A program made the position numbers and the translations under genes. This document shows, one piece after another, positions 28,928 to 42,772 of a stretch of 64,000 nucleotides of DNA. Numbering within the stretch: the stretch's first letter is position 1; each line of letters starts with the position of its first letter. This DNA is from Octopus vulgaris (taxonomy: Eukaryota): assembly GCA_951406725.2 (NCBI GenBank), contig OX597835.1, positions 41,540,001 through 41,604,000 on the forward strand, read 5' to 3'. The notes under the pieces were generated by a model. It searched no databases and was not told where the DNA came from. It was given only the letters and a program-made list of their open reading frames with translations.

Positions 28928-29297
28928 TCTCTCTATATATAAACGGCAAAATGTCTGTCTGTGTGTGTGTGTCCTTTATACAAATCCACAATTTTTCAGT
29001 TAGAGGGCTCGCACTTCCTATGGTCATTTAAAACCGTCCAAGGGTGGTCGTGCACATCTTTAAATTTCCCCAGTCACCCTGCAAAGCCATTAAAAAATCA
29101 ATAGAAGTGACTTTTTTGTGAATTTTCTATCCAAAACCCAATCAAAATGCCTGAAACTTGATACACCAATTGAATGCCAGCTAGCTGTATGTGATTGGTC
29201 GGAGATTTGGACAGTACTCACGTGTATGTGCACACACACGCAGCTGTATATGCATGCACTAGCACTTTGACCCGGCATTGCTGGGTCATAGTGCTAG
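28928..29297 (+). mobile_element. Non-autonomous Helitron-like element
   Basis: A|TC start (tctctctatatataaacggc, then a (TCTG)/(TG) tract), subterminal hairpin gacccggca-t-tgctgggtc, CTAG|T end. Inserted between A and T. Confidence 0.7.
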
Positions 29298-29591
29298 TAT
29301 ATTATATTTTGGAGAGATGTTTCTTTAATAAGTATACTATAAAACACCAAATATTATTAATAAGTTTGAAAATGGAGGGATTCAATGGATATAAATTAAT
29401 TTATTAAATGATTAAAATTGCCTACAAATGTTTCACTTTGCACCTGTTAACTGATAAAATTTATACATAATGAAGATATTATACAATGTTTTTTATGTAT
29501 AAATGTTGAGTAAACAGCTGCAAACCATTAACTGATAAAATTTATTCATAAAGAACATAGTATATTGTGTTCTTTATGTATAGATCTTATC

Positions 29592-29623
<32 letters not shown>

Positions 29624-30059
29624 AGAGGGAGAGAGAGAGGGAGAGAGAGAGGGAGAGAGTATTTGCAGAGCCATTTACTCAACATGTGGATAGTGAACAC
29701 ATATTTTGTATATCTTTATCTACCTCTGAAGAGATTCAAGTTTCAAATAATTTTGAATTTGATTAATTATTTTTCTGAGGGTCTGAATTGAAACAGCTGT
29801 AAGGGATGTTTGTCAATTTAATAATTAATTTCTAATAATTTATGAATTACCTCTCTATTTTCTCATCTTATTATTATAATAAATAAATATATATAAACCA
29901 CGGTTTATATAGTTACGTTGCAGTTGAGTATTAAATATAGTGTTCAATATTCTTTTTATAGGTAATTAACTAGTTCTTTCATAGGATTTTGCCATCCCTG
30001 AATGAGGTTTATAACCTATAATTGTGCTATACATATATACTTACATATATATATATATT

Positions 30060-30357
30060 TGAGCAAGGTCGTTGCCAGTACCACTGGACTGGTTCCTGTG
30101 CAGGTGGCACATAAAAAGCACCATTTGAGCGTGGCCGTTGCCAGTATCACCTAACTGGCCCTCGTGCTGGTGGCACATAAAAGCACCCACTACACTCTTG
30201 GAGTGGCTGGCGTTAGGAAGGACATCCAGCTGTAGAAACTCTGCCAGATCAAGATTGGAGTCTGGTTTGCCAGACCTCAGTCAAATCGTCCTACCCATGC
30301 TAGCATAGAAAGTGGACGTTAAACGACGACGACGATGATGATGATGTCGATGATGAT
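30060..30357 (+). mobile_element. RTE-type 3' UTR fragment with (GAT)n tail; related fragments at ~25137-25282(-), 32750-33120(+), 36408-36548(-), 48924-49110(-), 53305-53740(-), 54295-54590(+), 55548-55710(+)
   Basis: Shared ggcgttaggaagggcatccagctgtagaaac...cccatgctagcatggaaagcggacgttaaa(tga)n, as at the LINE 3' end 19060-19250. Confidence 0.8.
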
Positions 30358-31541
30358 ATTACTCTTTTACTCTTTTACTTGTTTCAGTCATTTGACTGCG
30401 GCCATGCTGGAGCACCACCTTTAGTCGAGCAAATCGACCCCGGGACTTATTCTTTGTAAGTCCAGTACTTATTCTATCGGTCTCTTTTGCCGAACCGCTA
30501 AGTAACGGGGACATAAACACACCAGCATCGGTTGTCAAGCAATGCTAGGGGGACAAACACAGACACACAGATCCCAGGACTTATTCATTGTAAGCCTAGT
30601 ACTAGGGGGACAAACACAGACACACAAGCATATACACATACATATATATATATATATACATATATACGACAGGCTTCTTTCAGTTTCCGTCTACCAAATC
30701 CACTCACAAGGCATTGGTCGGCCCAGGGCTATAGCAGAAGACACTTGCTCAAGATGCCACACAGTGGGACTGAACCCGGAACCATGTAGTTTGTAAGCAA
30801 GCTACTTACCACACAGCCACTCCTGCGCCTATATATATATATATTTGTGAACTACAGATCAAATTGTGCCAAATGACATAATGTAATGGTTATGTACCAA
30901 AAGCACCCAGGTTTGTTTACCACGAGAACTCCGACTTGAACAGCAACTAAAACAAACGAGGTATTGTAGCTGCCTAGCAACAAATGGCCATAAGTTGTTC
31001 ATTATTGAATGGGAAAATGGATAATAGAAAGAAAGAAGGAAAAGGCAAGACATACGGTCACACATGTTTTCTAATGTGTGTGTGTTCTTTTGATTGTTTC
31101 AGTCATTTGACTGTGGCCATGCTGGAGCACCGCCTTTAGTCGAACAAATCGACCCAAGGACTTATTCTTTGCATGCCTACTACTTATTCTCTCGATCTCT
31201 TTTGCCAAGCCGCTAAGTTACGTCAATGTGGACACGCCAACATCGGTTGTCAAGGGATGGTGGGGGAACAAACACAGACATACAAACATATACACACACG
31301 TACATACATATATATATATATATATACATATATACGATGGGCTTCTTTCAGTTTCCATCTACCAAATCCACTCACAAGGCTTTGGTCGGCCCGAGGCTAT
31401 AGTAGAAGACACTTGCCCAAGGTGCCACGCAGTGGGACTGAACCCGGAACCATGTGGTTGGTAATCAAGCTACTTATCACACAGCCACTCTTCTTCCTCT
31501 GTGTGTGTGTGTGTGTTATATATATACATATATATATATAC

Positions 31542-31610
<69 letters not shown>

Positions 31611-31989
31611 TATATATATATACACACACACACACAAAATTATAAGGAAAGGCATAGAAAAAATTTCTTGCCAATATATACTGAAAGCAGATACTAAATC
31701 ATCAAGCCACATTAAATATCATGATATTTAATTATAATTATATTTATGATTTCACCTTAATAGGTCTATCTTTTTATGTGCTGGCCACTGATAACGTTTT
31801 TAACAATTTTATCCTTTGATATCATATTATCTATATTTATATATGTGCGTGTCTCTCTCTCTCACACATACCCGCACTACGTACATACATTTTGTTGCTG
31901 CATAGTGTGTATAAGTGAATACATGTCTTTTCCCATATATATATTGTATAATCTTTATATCTATACAAGTAGATAAAACTGTTCCTTAC

Positions 31990-32050
31990 CTCGCAATTCC
32001 TGGGATCTGTAGCTCCTCCCCATAATATCTGAGAATTCGTGTCGGCTTTC
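31990..32050 (-). CDS. AKNA: AKNA-like exon (phase 2 to 0)
   Basis: tgttttccag| acceptor, KADTNSQILWGGATDPRNCE, GAG|GTAAGG donor. Confidence 0.75.
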
Positions 32051-32191
32051 CTGGAAAACAATACATCATAATATGATTGCGTGTGTGCGTGTGTGGATGT
32101 GTGTGTGTGTGGATGTGTGTGCGTGTGAAAAATCTTGCAAGTATTTTCAGAACTCTGCTCAACTATAAAACTGTGTCAACATATGTTTAGG

Positions 32192-32232
<41 letters not shown>

Positions 32233-32309
32233 ACACATACACACACACAGACACACAAATGCAGTGCGTTCAGTCTAAATTTGATGAATGCTACGACTGC
32301 TTTTTCCAG

Positions 32310-32560
32310 GCACAGCTTGTTGCATTGGTGAAGACGGTGGCATTAGAGAGCATAAGGATTAGGGGCTTTCTCCGTCCGGGTTGCGGATCCATGGAATAAG
32401 CTGCCGGACGAGATAGTGAAGATGCCGACGAGCGCTCAGTTCAATGTCTCTCTTGACCAGAAATGGCCTGAACTCTTTGTATGAACACCCTCCCTGTACA
32501 TAACTCCATGTTCCCCTACATGGCCTTGCTTTTGCTTTTTGAGCCGAAAAAATTAAATTA
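32310..32560 (+). mobile_element. CR1/L2-like LINE 3' end
   Basis: FSVRVADPWNKLPDEIVKMPTSAQFNVSLDQKWPELFV-stop, then a short UTR and AT-rich tail. Confidence 0.7.
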
Positions 32561-33456
32561 AATTTAAAAAATTAAATTAAATTAAGTTGAGAAAACGTTA
32601 GCTGACTGACATGCCTTCTGAATATTGGGAAAGAGAGTTAACTGTATCATGAATATTGAAGCTGGGTGTCAAGAGGCTGACATCATAGCCTCTGTTCCCC
32701 TGTAATAGCCATAAGATGTAACATGGATGGCTGCACTGGAGACTACAAAGTCATGGCCATTAAGCGTGATCGTTACCAGCGTCACCTTACTGGTACTTGT
32801 GCTGGTGGCACGTGAAAAACATTTGAGCGAGGTCGTTGCCAGTGCTGGACTGACTCCTGTGCAGGTGACATGTAAAAAGCACCATTTGAGCGTGGCCGTT
32901 GCCAGTACCGCCAGACTGGCCCTTGTACCAGTGGCACGTAAAAGCACCCACTACACTCTCAGAGTAGTTGGCATTAGGAAGGGCATCCAGCTGTAGAAAC
33001 TCTGCCAGATCAGATTGGAGCCTGGTGCAGCCATCTGGTTCACCAATCTTCAGTCAAACCGTCCAACCCATGCTAGCATGGAAAGCGGACGTTAAACGAT
33101 GATGATGATGATGATGATGAGTATATATTTTTATGAACTACTAATAGTCTCAATCAATAAAACAACTCAGACAGCATTTTATAACATGTCTGGCACATTG
33201 CATGAATGTACCAGACATGTTATAAAATACTGTCTGAGTTGTTTTCGTTGCATGGATCTAATTAGTAGCTCATTACTACAAACACAAAATTTAAAGACAG
33301 AGAGAGAGAGAGAGAGAGGGGGGGGGAGTGAGAGAGAGGAGGGAGAGTGAGAGAGAGAGAGAGAGAGTAATTTATCATATATACAGAAGCGAAACAATCA
33401 AGCTGTACCCTACTGTTGAGTCTGTATATAACAACAAGACAAGTGGCAAGACTTAC

Positions 33457-34407
33457 CGATATATTGGTGCTGCCGAACACACATGACCATGGTGGATGCA
33501 TTTGGTAACTTTACAACAACACTCATCCAAAGAATACATGGTACCCATATTATCTGGTTCATCTTGTGATGCATAAAATGCATTGTTTCTGTTACTTTGC
33601 ATGAGGGGTGCAGTACCGTAGCCATATTGGTCTTCTACAGTGGAACCAGAATATGGTTTGGTAATAAAATTACTCATTTCACCACCAGACCTTTGTGCAG
33701 CACTGTATTTAGTTTTAACTTGCTGGTTCCAGGGAGCAGGACCATATTGTATATTTTCTTTAAAGCTGTCCATCATAGGAGCTGGAACCCTTGAGGAGCT
33801 TCTGTGATTCGTTAGGGGCTGTGTTCCATCATTGTAATGGTCTATTCTTTGCTGGAATTGTGAAGATTTATTGCATGATATTGCTTGAACTCTTGGAGAA
33901 GGTTGATGTTCTTTATATATACCACGATAAATTCCATTTGGAGTGTAATAAGGGGTGTTTACTAAATTAGGGGCTGGAGTCATCATTGTCCTCATCATAC
34001 TTTTGGGTTGCTGGGGTTTAATTTGATAAACACCAGTGGTGCCACAATGATCTGGGCTTGCAGACATCTGTGAGTTTCTCTCAATATCGTATTTGGCTAA
34101 ATTTGATGTTGGAGCATCTGTGAAGAATGTTGTAGTTTGGTGATTCGAGGAAGCATTGCTGTTGGTGACTGGACGTCTGGGAGGATATTTGGCAAATTTG
34201 TTTATCTGTGTTGGAATGTATGGATTTTGGGGATTATCAGCAGATGTTGTCGAAGAAAAGTGATGTTGTGTTATTAATGGCTGCCAATTTTCTGCACTGG
34301 AGTCATTTATCTCAGCTTTCTCGAATTTTGGCTTACGCTGGCTGATTCTGCGATTAAATGTTTCTTTCAGGAATTCTATTTCTTGTTGCAAAGCCTGAAG
34401 CTTTTTC
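33457..34407 (-). CDS. AKNA: AKNA-like large exon (951 nt, phase 2 to 2)
   Basis: tcattcag| acceptor, KKLQALQQEIEFLKE (short coiled coil) then a long P/Q/S/N-rich region ending CCCKVTKCIHHGHVCSAAPIY, CG|GTAAGT donor. Matches ORF 33453-34391. Confidence 0.85.
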
Positions 34408-34444
34408 CTGAATGATAAGAATTAATAAAAATATTAAGACAGCA

Positions 34445-34483
<39 letters not shown>

Positions 34484-34594
34484 GCCACCACCACCACCAC
34501 CACCACCACCACCACCACTACTACTACTACTACTGCTACTGCTGTTGTTAATAATAATAATAATAATAATAAGAAGAAGAAGAAGAAGAAGAAG

Positions 34595-35570
34595 TTTAGG
34601 GACAGTAGAAATTAGGAGGGGTATCTTCCAAGGGGACTGCCTGTCCCCTCTGATCTATGTACTATGCTTGATACCACTAACACTGATCCTGAGGAAAGCA
34701 AAAGCTGGGTATGTATTCAAAAGCCGCCAACAAAAAGTCAGCCATTTGTTATTCATGGATGACCTCAAACTTTATGGTAAAGATGAAGCCCAAGTCAGTT
34801 CCCTCGTTGATACGGTGTATACTTTCACTGCTGATATCAGAATGCAGTTCGGATTGAGAAAGTGTGGCAAGTTAGTCTTGAAGAGAGGCAAACTCAAATG
34901 TTTGGACGGGCTAACGATACAATCGGGGGAGGTTACAAAGATAGAAGAGACAGGCTATTAGTACTTAGGGATTTTGGAAATGGATACGACAACGATAAAT
35001 GCCCTGATGCAGTACCAGACTCTGGCTCTCGTGGCTTCTGATCTTAACTGATTGGAAGTGTTATCATGTACATTGTTTTGTCTTGGTATAAAAGATGGAC
35101 TACAGCAAATATTCTGCTCAATACCATAGATTTGCTTGTCAGTTGTTTGACCATAACCAGTTGAGCATGTCCCTTAGTGGCTGACGATATGTGCATCTCT
35201 GATCACAAGCAGAAGTAGTGGGGGAGCATCATAGCCATGTGCTGAGAGGAATTCTTTGGGGTTTGAATAATTCACCTCTGGAAACATGGGTGTTTCATTC
35301 ATCATCCTTAAACAAACCTTATTCAGGGACCTTTTGAGCAGGATGGGCTACCCAACCTGAAGAAAATTCTTACTGGGCCCCACCTGCAAGGTCATGTGCT
35401 GTTTATCTTGATATGAGATCACCATGTCGCGCACATATGGTTGTGATGCATGTGCCTGGTGTACCCTTATCAGACGGGTAGTCATGATGGGTATACAGGG
35501 CTTCATATATTTGTACCCATTGTCACTTAGATGGCATGCACTGCTTTCTCACTCAATAATAATAATGATA
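34595..35570 (+). mobile_element. Dong/R4-like non-LTR retrotransposon fragment (RT piece plus probable 3' UTR ending in (TAA)n)
   Basis: IRRGIFQGDCLSPL...HLLFMDDLKLY...FGLRKC...Y*YLGI. Flanked by (TAA)n(AAG)n upstream and caataataataat downstream. Confidence 0.7.
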
Positions 35571-36047
35571 ATGGTTTCATATTTTGGCACAGGGCCAGAA
35601 ATTTATCCTCTACAACAGCTCTGGGCTATAGTAGAAGACACTTGCCCAGGTACTGCACAGTGGAACTGAACCTGAGACCACATGGTTGGTGAAGCAATCT
35701 TCCTAGCTATGCTGCCACTCCCATACCTCGTTAGCACACCGGGCGAAATGCGTAGCCGTATTTCGTCTGCCGTTACACTCTGAGTTCAAATTCCGCCGAG
35801 GTTGACTTTGCCTTTCATCCTTTCGGGGTCGATAAATTAAGTACCAGTTACGCACTGGGGTCGATGTAATCGACTTAATCCTATTGTCTGTCCTTGTTTG
35901 TCCCCTCTGTGTTTAGCCCCTTGTGGGCAGTAAAGAAATATATATTTATAAACCAGTCCTTTATTAAATTGACCCAACAAATTTAAAATCTTTCAAGAAC
36001 CATTTATTGAATATTCTGAATGGATGCCAGTTTTTAAAGAAACTTAC

Positions 36048-36216
36048 CGATTAGGAGAGGTTTTAATGAATGTTGGAATGGGATCTTTCTTTTCGGTATC
36101 TTGACTCATTGAGCGGGACATCGAGGTTGATCTTTTCGGTGAACCCACAACAGATTTGGTTCCATCCTGTGCACTTTCAATGGAGAACTTCTTTGAGGCA
36201 TTTCTGGTCTTCTTGC
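36048..36216 (-). CDS. AKNA: AKNA-like exon (phase 1 to 2)
   Basis: ttttcttcag| acceptor, KKTRNASKKFSIESAQDGTKSVVGSPKRSTSMSRSMSQDTEKKDPIPTFIKTSPN, CG|GTAAGT donor. Confidence 0.8.
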
Positions 36217-36550
36217 CTGAAGAAAATACATTGTATCATCAGCATCATCATCCTCATCACCCCCACCCCCACCCCACCACCACCACCAACGACAACAACA
36301 ACACTGTCATCGCCATCATCAACACCAGCAGCAGCAACAACAGCAGCAACAACACACCCACCACTACCACTATCATCACCTCCACAACAATTATATATAT
36401 ATATATATCATCATCATCATCATCATCATTTAACGTCCGCTTTCCATGCTGGCATGGGTTGGACGGTTCAACTGGGGTCTGGGAAGCCAGAAGGCTGCAC
36501 CAGGCCCAGTCTGATCTGGCAGTGTTTCTACAGCTGGATGCCCTTCCTAA

Positions 36551-36581
<31 letters not shown>

Positions 36582-36956
36582 CATACACACACATGTATGT
36601 ATGAGTCTTTGTGATAGTGTTTTACCGCACCCCCACTTGGTAAGTGTTGGTTTGTTTGCATTCCCTTAACCTAGCAGTTCAGCAAAAGGAACCAACAGAA
36701 CAAGTAGACATAGAACAATAGTACTTGGGTTGATTTGTTCGACTAAACCCCTGAAGGTGGTGCCCCAGCATGGCCACAATCCAGTAACCAAAACAAATAA
36801 AAAAACAAACGAAAAGCAAAAATAAGAACCATCTTTATCAAGCTAAGACAAAATTTGTGTATTTGAAAAAGAAAGCCCCAGGTCACATGATACTATTATT
36901 ATGACCCCATCAGTCGATGCAATAACAGGACATTGTGTTGGTTACTAGTGTAAACC

Positions 36957-37141
36957 AGTGCTACCGTAACCCAGTATGCTGTGGCACACTGGTGTGCCAT
37001 GAGGCGATGTTGGGAGTGCCGCAGTGTAACCAGAATATGATTTTTTTTTTCCCTAGACTTTTAGTTATATTTTTAGTTCAGTGTACTACCGAGTTTTGAG
37101 AAGAATGCAAGTGTACCACGAGAAATTGTTATTGAGCACTG
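36957..37141. mobile_element. hAT (Charlie-like) MITE remnant; another remnant near 26664-26905
   Basis: cagtgct...agcactg termini with an internal ggcacactggtgtgcc palindrome. Confidence 0.5.
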
Positions 37142-37514
37142 GTGTGACCGACATTCCATGAAAACATTCTGAGAAAAACGAGGACATTTTTCTGCTCAAA
37201 CAAGACATTCGACCTTGAACTATTTGCTAAAAGCTGGGAAGAAGACAAATTTCCCTGAAATTACTCCCGTCTTCATAAAAAAATGTAAGAACTAAAATAC
37301 ATTACATAATTTAGTTTCTTTCACTCTGTCAGATAAAAAAACCCAACAAATATATACTTTGGTTGTGTGGGAAGAAGCTTTCTTCCCAGTCACAGGGTTT
37401 CAGGTTCTGTCTTAATGCACAGCACCTTGGGCAATCGTATTCTACTATAGTCATAGGCTGATCAAAGCCTTATGAGTGGATATTGTATATGAAAACTGAG
37501 AGAAGCCTGTTATA

Positions 37515-37641
37515 TCTTCTTCTTCTTCTTCTTCTTCTTCTTCTTCTTCTTCTTCTTCTTCTTCTTCTTCTTCTTCTTCTTCTTCTTCTTCTTCTTCTTC
37601 TTCTTCTTCTTCTTCTTCTTCTTCTTCTTCTTCTTCTTCTT
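37515..37641. repeat. (CTT)n microsatellite forming the expanded tail of a family C SINE
   Basis: About 42 units directly adjoining the SINE 3' end. The 62.5 kb copy ends in only ggaagaagaa. Confidence 0.9.
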
Positions 37642-38194
37642 CCAGCCAGGACTCACGCCATTAGCCACAAAGAATAAATCTCTAATTCGAGCCTCCTCTA
37701 AGCTACTAAGAATGCGTGTGGCAACTTGAAGATCCACCCACCACACGCGATAGACTGGCAGTTGCACGGGCGCGAAAGCTACGTTGTTATCCTCATTCTG
37801 TAAACGGTGACTTTTTATGGGTGGACAACTAAACCATCCTGGGGTAGGGAGGATTCGCAATCTAGACTAGGGTCTGAAAGTTTACCACAACATAGTGGGT
37901 TACACCATGGTTCCTCTGCTTTGTGGTAGAAGTAGGAAGAAAGAGTGAGAGAAAGTTGTAGTGAAAGAATACAGAAGGGTTCACCACCCTCCCCCGCTGG
38001 AGCCTCATGGAGCTTAGGTGTTTTTGCTCAATAAACACTCACAATGCCCGGAGCAGGAATCGAAACCGCGTTCTTACGACCGTGAGTCCAATGCCCTAAC
38101 CACTGGGCCATTGCGCCTCCACTGCTGTTGTTTAGCCATAAGTCAAACCTACATCAAAGAAATCTATGATTCAAAAATGATAAAAACTACTTAC

Positions 38195-38517
38195 AAAAAA
38201 CCACATCAGAATTTCTCCGGAATTTTGCGGAAGGCTGTGATGTTATTCTGGATCTTCTGCCAGAGCTGTGAGGGTCACTCGTTTGAGTGGCACCATCCTC
38301 TGTTGATTCTATAGAACTGCTGCTTTCTGAAAGAAGTTCACTGGTGCTGACCATCTTTGATGCTGTGGTTGATTTTGCCATTTTGGGTTGCCACAATTTG
38401 GAACCTTCTTCTTCTTCGTTTTCTTCTTCATTTGTCTGTTTCTCTTTCGCTTTCTGTTTTGTAACAAAACTGTGTTGAGATTGAACCCCAGCATCACTCG
38501 TCAAATGGTGTTGGGAT
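38195..38517 (-). CDS. AKNA: AKNA-like exon (phase 2 to 1)
   Basis: ccttatgcag| acceptor, SQHHLTSDAGVQ...RRNSDVVF, T|GTAAGT donor. Matches ORF 38187-38504. Confidence 0.8.
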
Positions 38518-39798
38518 CTGCATAAGGATCAGGATAACAACAACCACAATAACAACAATAAAGCAACAGAAATTGTTATTTCTTAATGAGGCACAAAGTT
38601 ACAAATTTGATGAAGGAAGAAAAGAATTGAATAATAATAATATGAGGGAATATTATTCCAAACTTACAGGGAAAAATTCAATTTAGAAATACTAAATCAA
38701 ATTTCACAAAATATAATATATATATATAAATTAGAAAAAAACACCTTTTATCAATTTAATAATGAAAAAATTAAATCATACCATTTAGAAAAATTACATC
38801 TTATAGAAACATTAAGAAAGTTATTCTACCAAATATATATGTTTTATTTATTATTTTGCACATCACTTAATCATCGTTATATGTTTTATCTTATATTTAA
38901 TCTTTCTATAAGATGTAATTTTTCTAAATGGTATAATCTAATTTTTTCATTATTGAATTTGATAAAAGGTGTTTTTTTTCTAATTTATATATATATATAT
39001 ATTTAATTTAAATTTAAATTTAAATTGACTGCTGTAGTTTATTAACTGCAGATTAATTTCCTATCTCGACACGCCAAAGTGAAAACATTTGAAAGATACA
39101 CATAAATATAATTTGTAGAACTTTGTACATGCTAGATTTCGGTCGAGCGTTTCCATATCTAGTTCTGGAAATTGTGTTTTGTAAATGACAGACTATGCTG
39201 ATGATCTTGCAGATGTTTGTGTACCCATATACGTAAATATTAACAAGTGAAACTAATTAGTACATAGGTAATTGTTTTTTTATTTCATATATTTTCATTT
39301 GTCTTGCTTATTTTTACACTTTTGTTTTTTCCTGAATTTTTTCTTAAGAACACATTTTTCGTGGAAAATGGCAATTTTAACGTCTATATTTAGCATACAG
39401 GCTGTCTATTTTTTTTTAGTGGTCAGACCTCTAAATTTTGTATATATATAAGTATGAATATGAGGTGTGTGCCTGTGTCTGTGTGTGTGTATGTGAAGGT
39501 ATGTGGCCTGGTGGTTAGGTGTGTTGCACTCATGATTGTGAGATCATGATTTCAATTCCTTGATCAAGCGGTATATTGTGTTCTTGAGCAAAACACTTCA
39601 TTTCACATTGTTTCAGTTCACTCAGCTGTAAATGGATAAATCCTGCAATGGATTAGTCTTCTGATCAGCGTAATATTAGCCTGCTCACCCAGCCAGTGGG
39701 CTGGTGTCATTTGATGGCTAAAACAATGTAAAGCACATTGTGACCAGCGAGGTGTAACAATATCTGATAGTCTGGTTGATCATATGATATATATATAT

Positions 39799-39839
<41 letters not shown>

Positions 39840-39843
<4 letters not shown>

Positions 39844-40242
39844 GGCTGTCTTGTGCGTTGACTAGAACCGTTGGCTGTAATAGTGAAAGTGACCGTTAGG
39901 TGTAATAGCAGTAGTAGTAGAGACCATTGGTCGTAGTAGTATACACACACACACACACACATATATACATATATATACATACATTCGTACATAAATATAT
40001 ATATATATACATATAATATATATATACATATACATACATACATACATATACATGTATATGTACATATATATATATATATACATATACATGTATATGTACG
40101 TATGTATGTATATATATGTATATATGTGTGTGTGTGTGTATACTACTACGACCAATGGTCTCTACTACTACTGCTATTACACCTAACGGTCACTTTCACT
40201 ATTACAGCCAACGATTCTAGTCAACGCACAAGACAGCCATTA
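39840..40242. repeat. Inverted repeat (~110-bp arms) around a microsatellite spacer
   Basis: taatggctgtcttgtgcgttgactagaa...gtagtagtatacacac / gtgtgtatactactac...ttctagtcaacgcacaagacagccatta, one mismatch seen. Confidence 0.9.
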
Positions 40243-40522
40243 TGTTCCCACACACAAAACACCACCACATGGACTCTGTTGAAATTAGTAAGAAACAATT
40301 ATGAATTTTTCTTTTATTACAGTTAGCTTTTAAAAATATATATTTTTAATAAGGTTCGTTTTTTCAAGAAGAACCGAAACATGTAAAATCTCTCAGAAAA
40401 TTAAAATTTATCTTCTATAGTGGGCGTTTTCAAACTTCTTTTTTATAAATATATACCCACTCATATGCCCTGCACTTTTTATAAATATATGTAAATGTAT
40501 GTATATATATATATATATATAT

Positions 40523-40594
<72 letters not shown>

Positions 40595-41320
40595 ATATAT
40601 AGTTGTATGTATATATGGGTGGAGAAGTTTCGAGTCTTTGTCAGTGTTTTTCTATATACTGACTTTTCCAACTGGTGTGAAAAAAGTCAGGATGTAATAC
40701 CCTTGATCATAAGTCTGCTGGGGCAGGGATGACTTGGCGTTAAACAACAATAACTGAAAAAGCCAATCAACAAAGAAGCAGACACAGTTAGAGAACATTC
40801 AGTTAGGAATCAGGAATTTGTGTCTAAACTGATGGTGCTTCTAGAAATAGCTGCCAAATCTCTCTCAAGCTATGTCTAACCATCTTAAAAAATAGGACAA
40901 AATACCTATTTCTTTACTATCCAAAAGGGGCTACACACAGAGGGGATAAACAAGGGCAGACAAACGGATTAAGTCGATTATATCGACCCCAGTGCGTAAC
41001 TGGTACTTATTTAATCAACCCCGAAAGGATGAAAGGCAAAGTCGACCTCAGCGGAATTTGAACTCAGAACATAGCGACGGACGAAATACCGCTAAACATT
41101 TCATCAGGGGTTCTAATGTTTCTGCCAGCTCGCCGCCTTATAAAATAGGACAAAATATTGCATAATGTAGTCTTGGAACAAGAAAATATGCAAGGAGAAG
41201 GCCATGGCTGGAACACTTTTGATTGTAGACCTGTTGGATGACTTGGGTAGCAAATAGCAAGAACAATAACAAAAAAATCAAGCAGCTCCAATTTGCCAAA
41301 CTTTGCTGCTGTTAACTTAC

Positions 41321-41742
41321 CTTTTTGGTAAAACCAAAGAACTTTGAACATGTTGCTGCTGATTAACTCTTGACATCAATTCTTGGTTTGTTGACATAGT
41401 ACAGGGATCATTTCTTACCAAAGTTCCTTTGTCTGTAGATGTGGTACTATGGTCAGTTCTTGCTGCAGGTTCAACCGCCATTGGAACAGTTTGGTCGCTT
41501 CTTGCCCGAGATGTTGTGTCCATTGGTGTGGCTTGACCAGTTCTGTTTAACGACATTGCATCTGTCTGTTTGGAAACAACTTCAGGATTACTGATTGGAT
41601 GTTCTTTATTCGTATCAGTGAATTTGGTTAATGGCAGAATGCCAGACATGGATTGCCTGGAATGCTTTGATGGAAGTGACAAGTTCCAGACATCGGAGAT
41701 TCCACTGTCTGGAACACTGGTTGTGCTGCTAACTTCATCACA
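41321..41742 (-). CDS. AKNA: AKNA-like exon, Ser/Thr-rich low complexity (phase 0 to 2)
   Basis: ttttttccag|TGT GAT GAA, CDEVSSTTSVPDSGISD...VQSSLVLPK, AG|GTAAGT donor. Within ORF 41317-41817. Confidence 0.8.
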
Positions 41743-41879
41743 CTGGAAAAAAATTATTACATTTATATTGTGTTGAGTCAAAAGTTTTGCGAAGTTTTGG
41801 CAACTATAAGACATCAAGTTGGCAGAATCATTAGTGTGCCAGGCAAAATGCTTAGTGGCATATCATCTGTCCTTATGTT

Positions 41880-42342
41880 GAACAACCAAATCCAAGCTTT
41901 TCTGCTAGTTCCTCAACAAGTATGATGGGACTTTGTTTGAGGGTTTGTTGGACATCCTCATCAAGCTCTACAGATCTTCCAGCACGAGGTCATCTTCTAG
42001 GCTGTAATTTCCAGCTCATAATTTCTGGAACCACCGTTGACACTGGCTTACACTTATTGTCCAATCCCCATATACTGCATTAATATTCCTCGCACTTTCC
42101 ACTGCATTGTTGCCTTTATTGAACTCATAAAGCAAAATATGCTCCTTTGTCACTTCCATTATAGTGTTGAAAAAATACCTGTTAAAATCGAACTGCACTC
42201 TTCAAAACTTGCACTAAGAATAAGGACAAGGTAAAATTACTACCTGCTTTTATAGCAAGTTGATGCAGGTAGTTTATCCCATTCCCCTCCAACATTTTAT
42301 TCATGAAATTGAAAAGATGGCATTATTTACGGGATGGCCCAA
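41880..42342 (-). mobile_element. mariner transposon 5' fragment (TIR plus N-terminal HTH)
   Basis: HILLYEFNKGNNAVESARNINAVYGDWTISVSQCQRWFQKL*AGNYSLEDD. TIR-like end tattgggccatcccgtaaataatgcc. Confidence 0.8.
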
Positions 42343-42772
42343 TAGATATATTCATACATACATATGTGCATACATACATACATACATATATATAGAAAGA
42401 GAAAAAGGGATAAATATACAGGTATATTCATATATATGTACATATATAAAAACGTATATACATACACACTCAGAAGCAGGCAAAGGTATATAGACACTAA
42501 TGCACAAGCATAACAATAACACACATACACACACACATGCACATGTGCACACACACGTGTGCACGCACACACACACACACCAACTGACAAAGACACACTA
42601 ACACATACATCTAAACTCACAAACATACAAATACAAACACACACATTTACACCTGCACATATGCAGATGTACACATACAGACAAAGACACACATGCAGTT
42701 ATTGACATAAGCAAAGGCACACACATACACACACATCAAATTGATTAGATGCTTTTTTTTTTTTTTTTTTAC

